DNA of 32,000 nucleotides from Clostridia bacterium. Lineage in GTDB: Bacteria; Bacillota; Clostridia; Oscillospirales; Acutalibacteraceae. The position numbers were made by a program, and so were the translations under genes. The notes beneath the pieces are model-generated. The model was given only the letters and a program-made list of their open reading frames with translations, was not told where the DNA came from and searched no databases. The stretch covers positions 45,715-77,714 of the forward strand of contig JAFQRY010000009.1 of NCBI GenBank assembly GCA_017409845.1, given 5' to 3'. Below are positions 31,944 through 32,000 of this stretch, in pieces (positions within the stretch are counted from its first letter, which is position 1; every line of letters begins with the position of its first letter).

Positions 31944-32000
31944 TTTCTCTACCTCATTTTCAAAGTTTATTTGTTTCAGGTGGTGTTCCCTGTTGACATC

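Larger units (their letters stand above)
31640..31950 (-). repeat. Tandem direct repeat, three units of 106-107 bp, each unit being RBS + 25-codon ORF + spacer
   Basis: Stop codons lie at 31653, 31759 and 31866. Units 1 and 2 are near-identical including the spacer TTAAAAGAAAAACGAGGAGGATATAAGA. Unit 3 is diverged. Confidence 0.9.

Noticed and set aside
31640-31950. Possible CRISPR array, because of the regular repeats at the right edge
   Set aside because: The whole 106-107-bp unit repeats, so there are no unique spacers between short repeats. Each unit contains an RBS and an intact 25-codon ORF. No cas genes are present.

Overview
This 32-kb chromosomal segment reads like a spore-forming Firmicutes/Clostridia genome. 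The taxon is an inference from GGAGG-type ribosome-binding sites, a T-box leader, and the yqfC/yqfD/ylbJ sporulation genes. Gene content is mostly housekeeping and envelope functions, largely on the minus strand. In order: a GH31 glycosidase plus MFS transporter; a T-box-controlled aspS-gatA-gatB operon; divergent XRE regulators; a DUF2804-like protein; an acyl-CoA ligase; two membrane-anchored XRE regulators flanking a PatB/MalY-type lyase with an extra C-terminal domain; an MBOAT + DHHW/AlgJ-like O-acyltransferase pair; a lipoprotein; a BNR/sialidase-like protein; ylbJ-like, yqfC, yqfD; PadR + DUF2812; QueT; a HAD-IIA phosphatase; a coiled-coil protein; coaD; rsmD; uvrC; and rpsF-ssb-rpsR. 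I saw no rRNA, tRNA, CRISPR array, transposase, integrase or recognisable defence gene. Five things deserve a second look. (1) The tRNA-dependent asparagine operon is rewired: GatC is fused to the C-terminus of AspRS, and the GatA-like subunit lacks both catalytic serines. It sits behind a T-box with a candidate AAC (Asn) specifier. (2) Three tandem, strongly RBS-preceded 25-codon hydrophobic peptide genes lie at the right edge, below the ORF-track cutoff. (3) Two inverted copies of a ~280-bp, TIR-bounded, highly structured repeat each sit directly upstream of a start codon. (4) Several families of short interspersed repeats are present, including GTAG-headed REP-like hairpins. (5) A PatB-like lyase carries a thioredoxin-fold-like domain. 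All family assignments come from reading the translations by eye; no database search was run.
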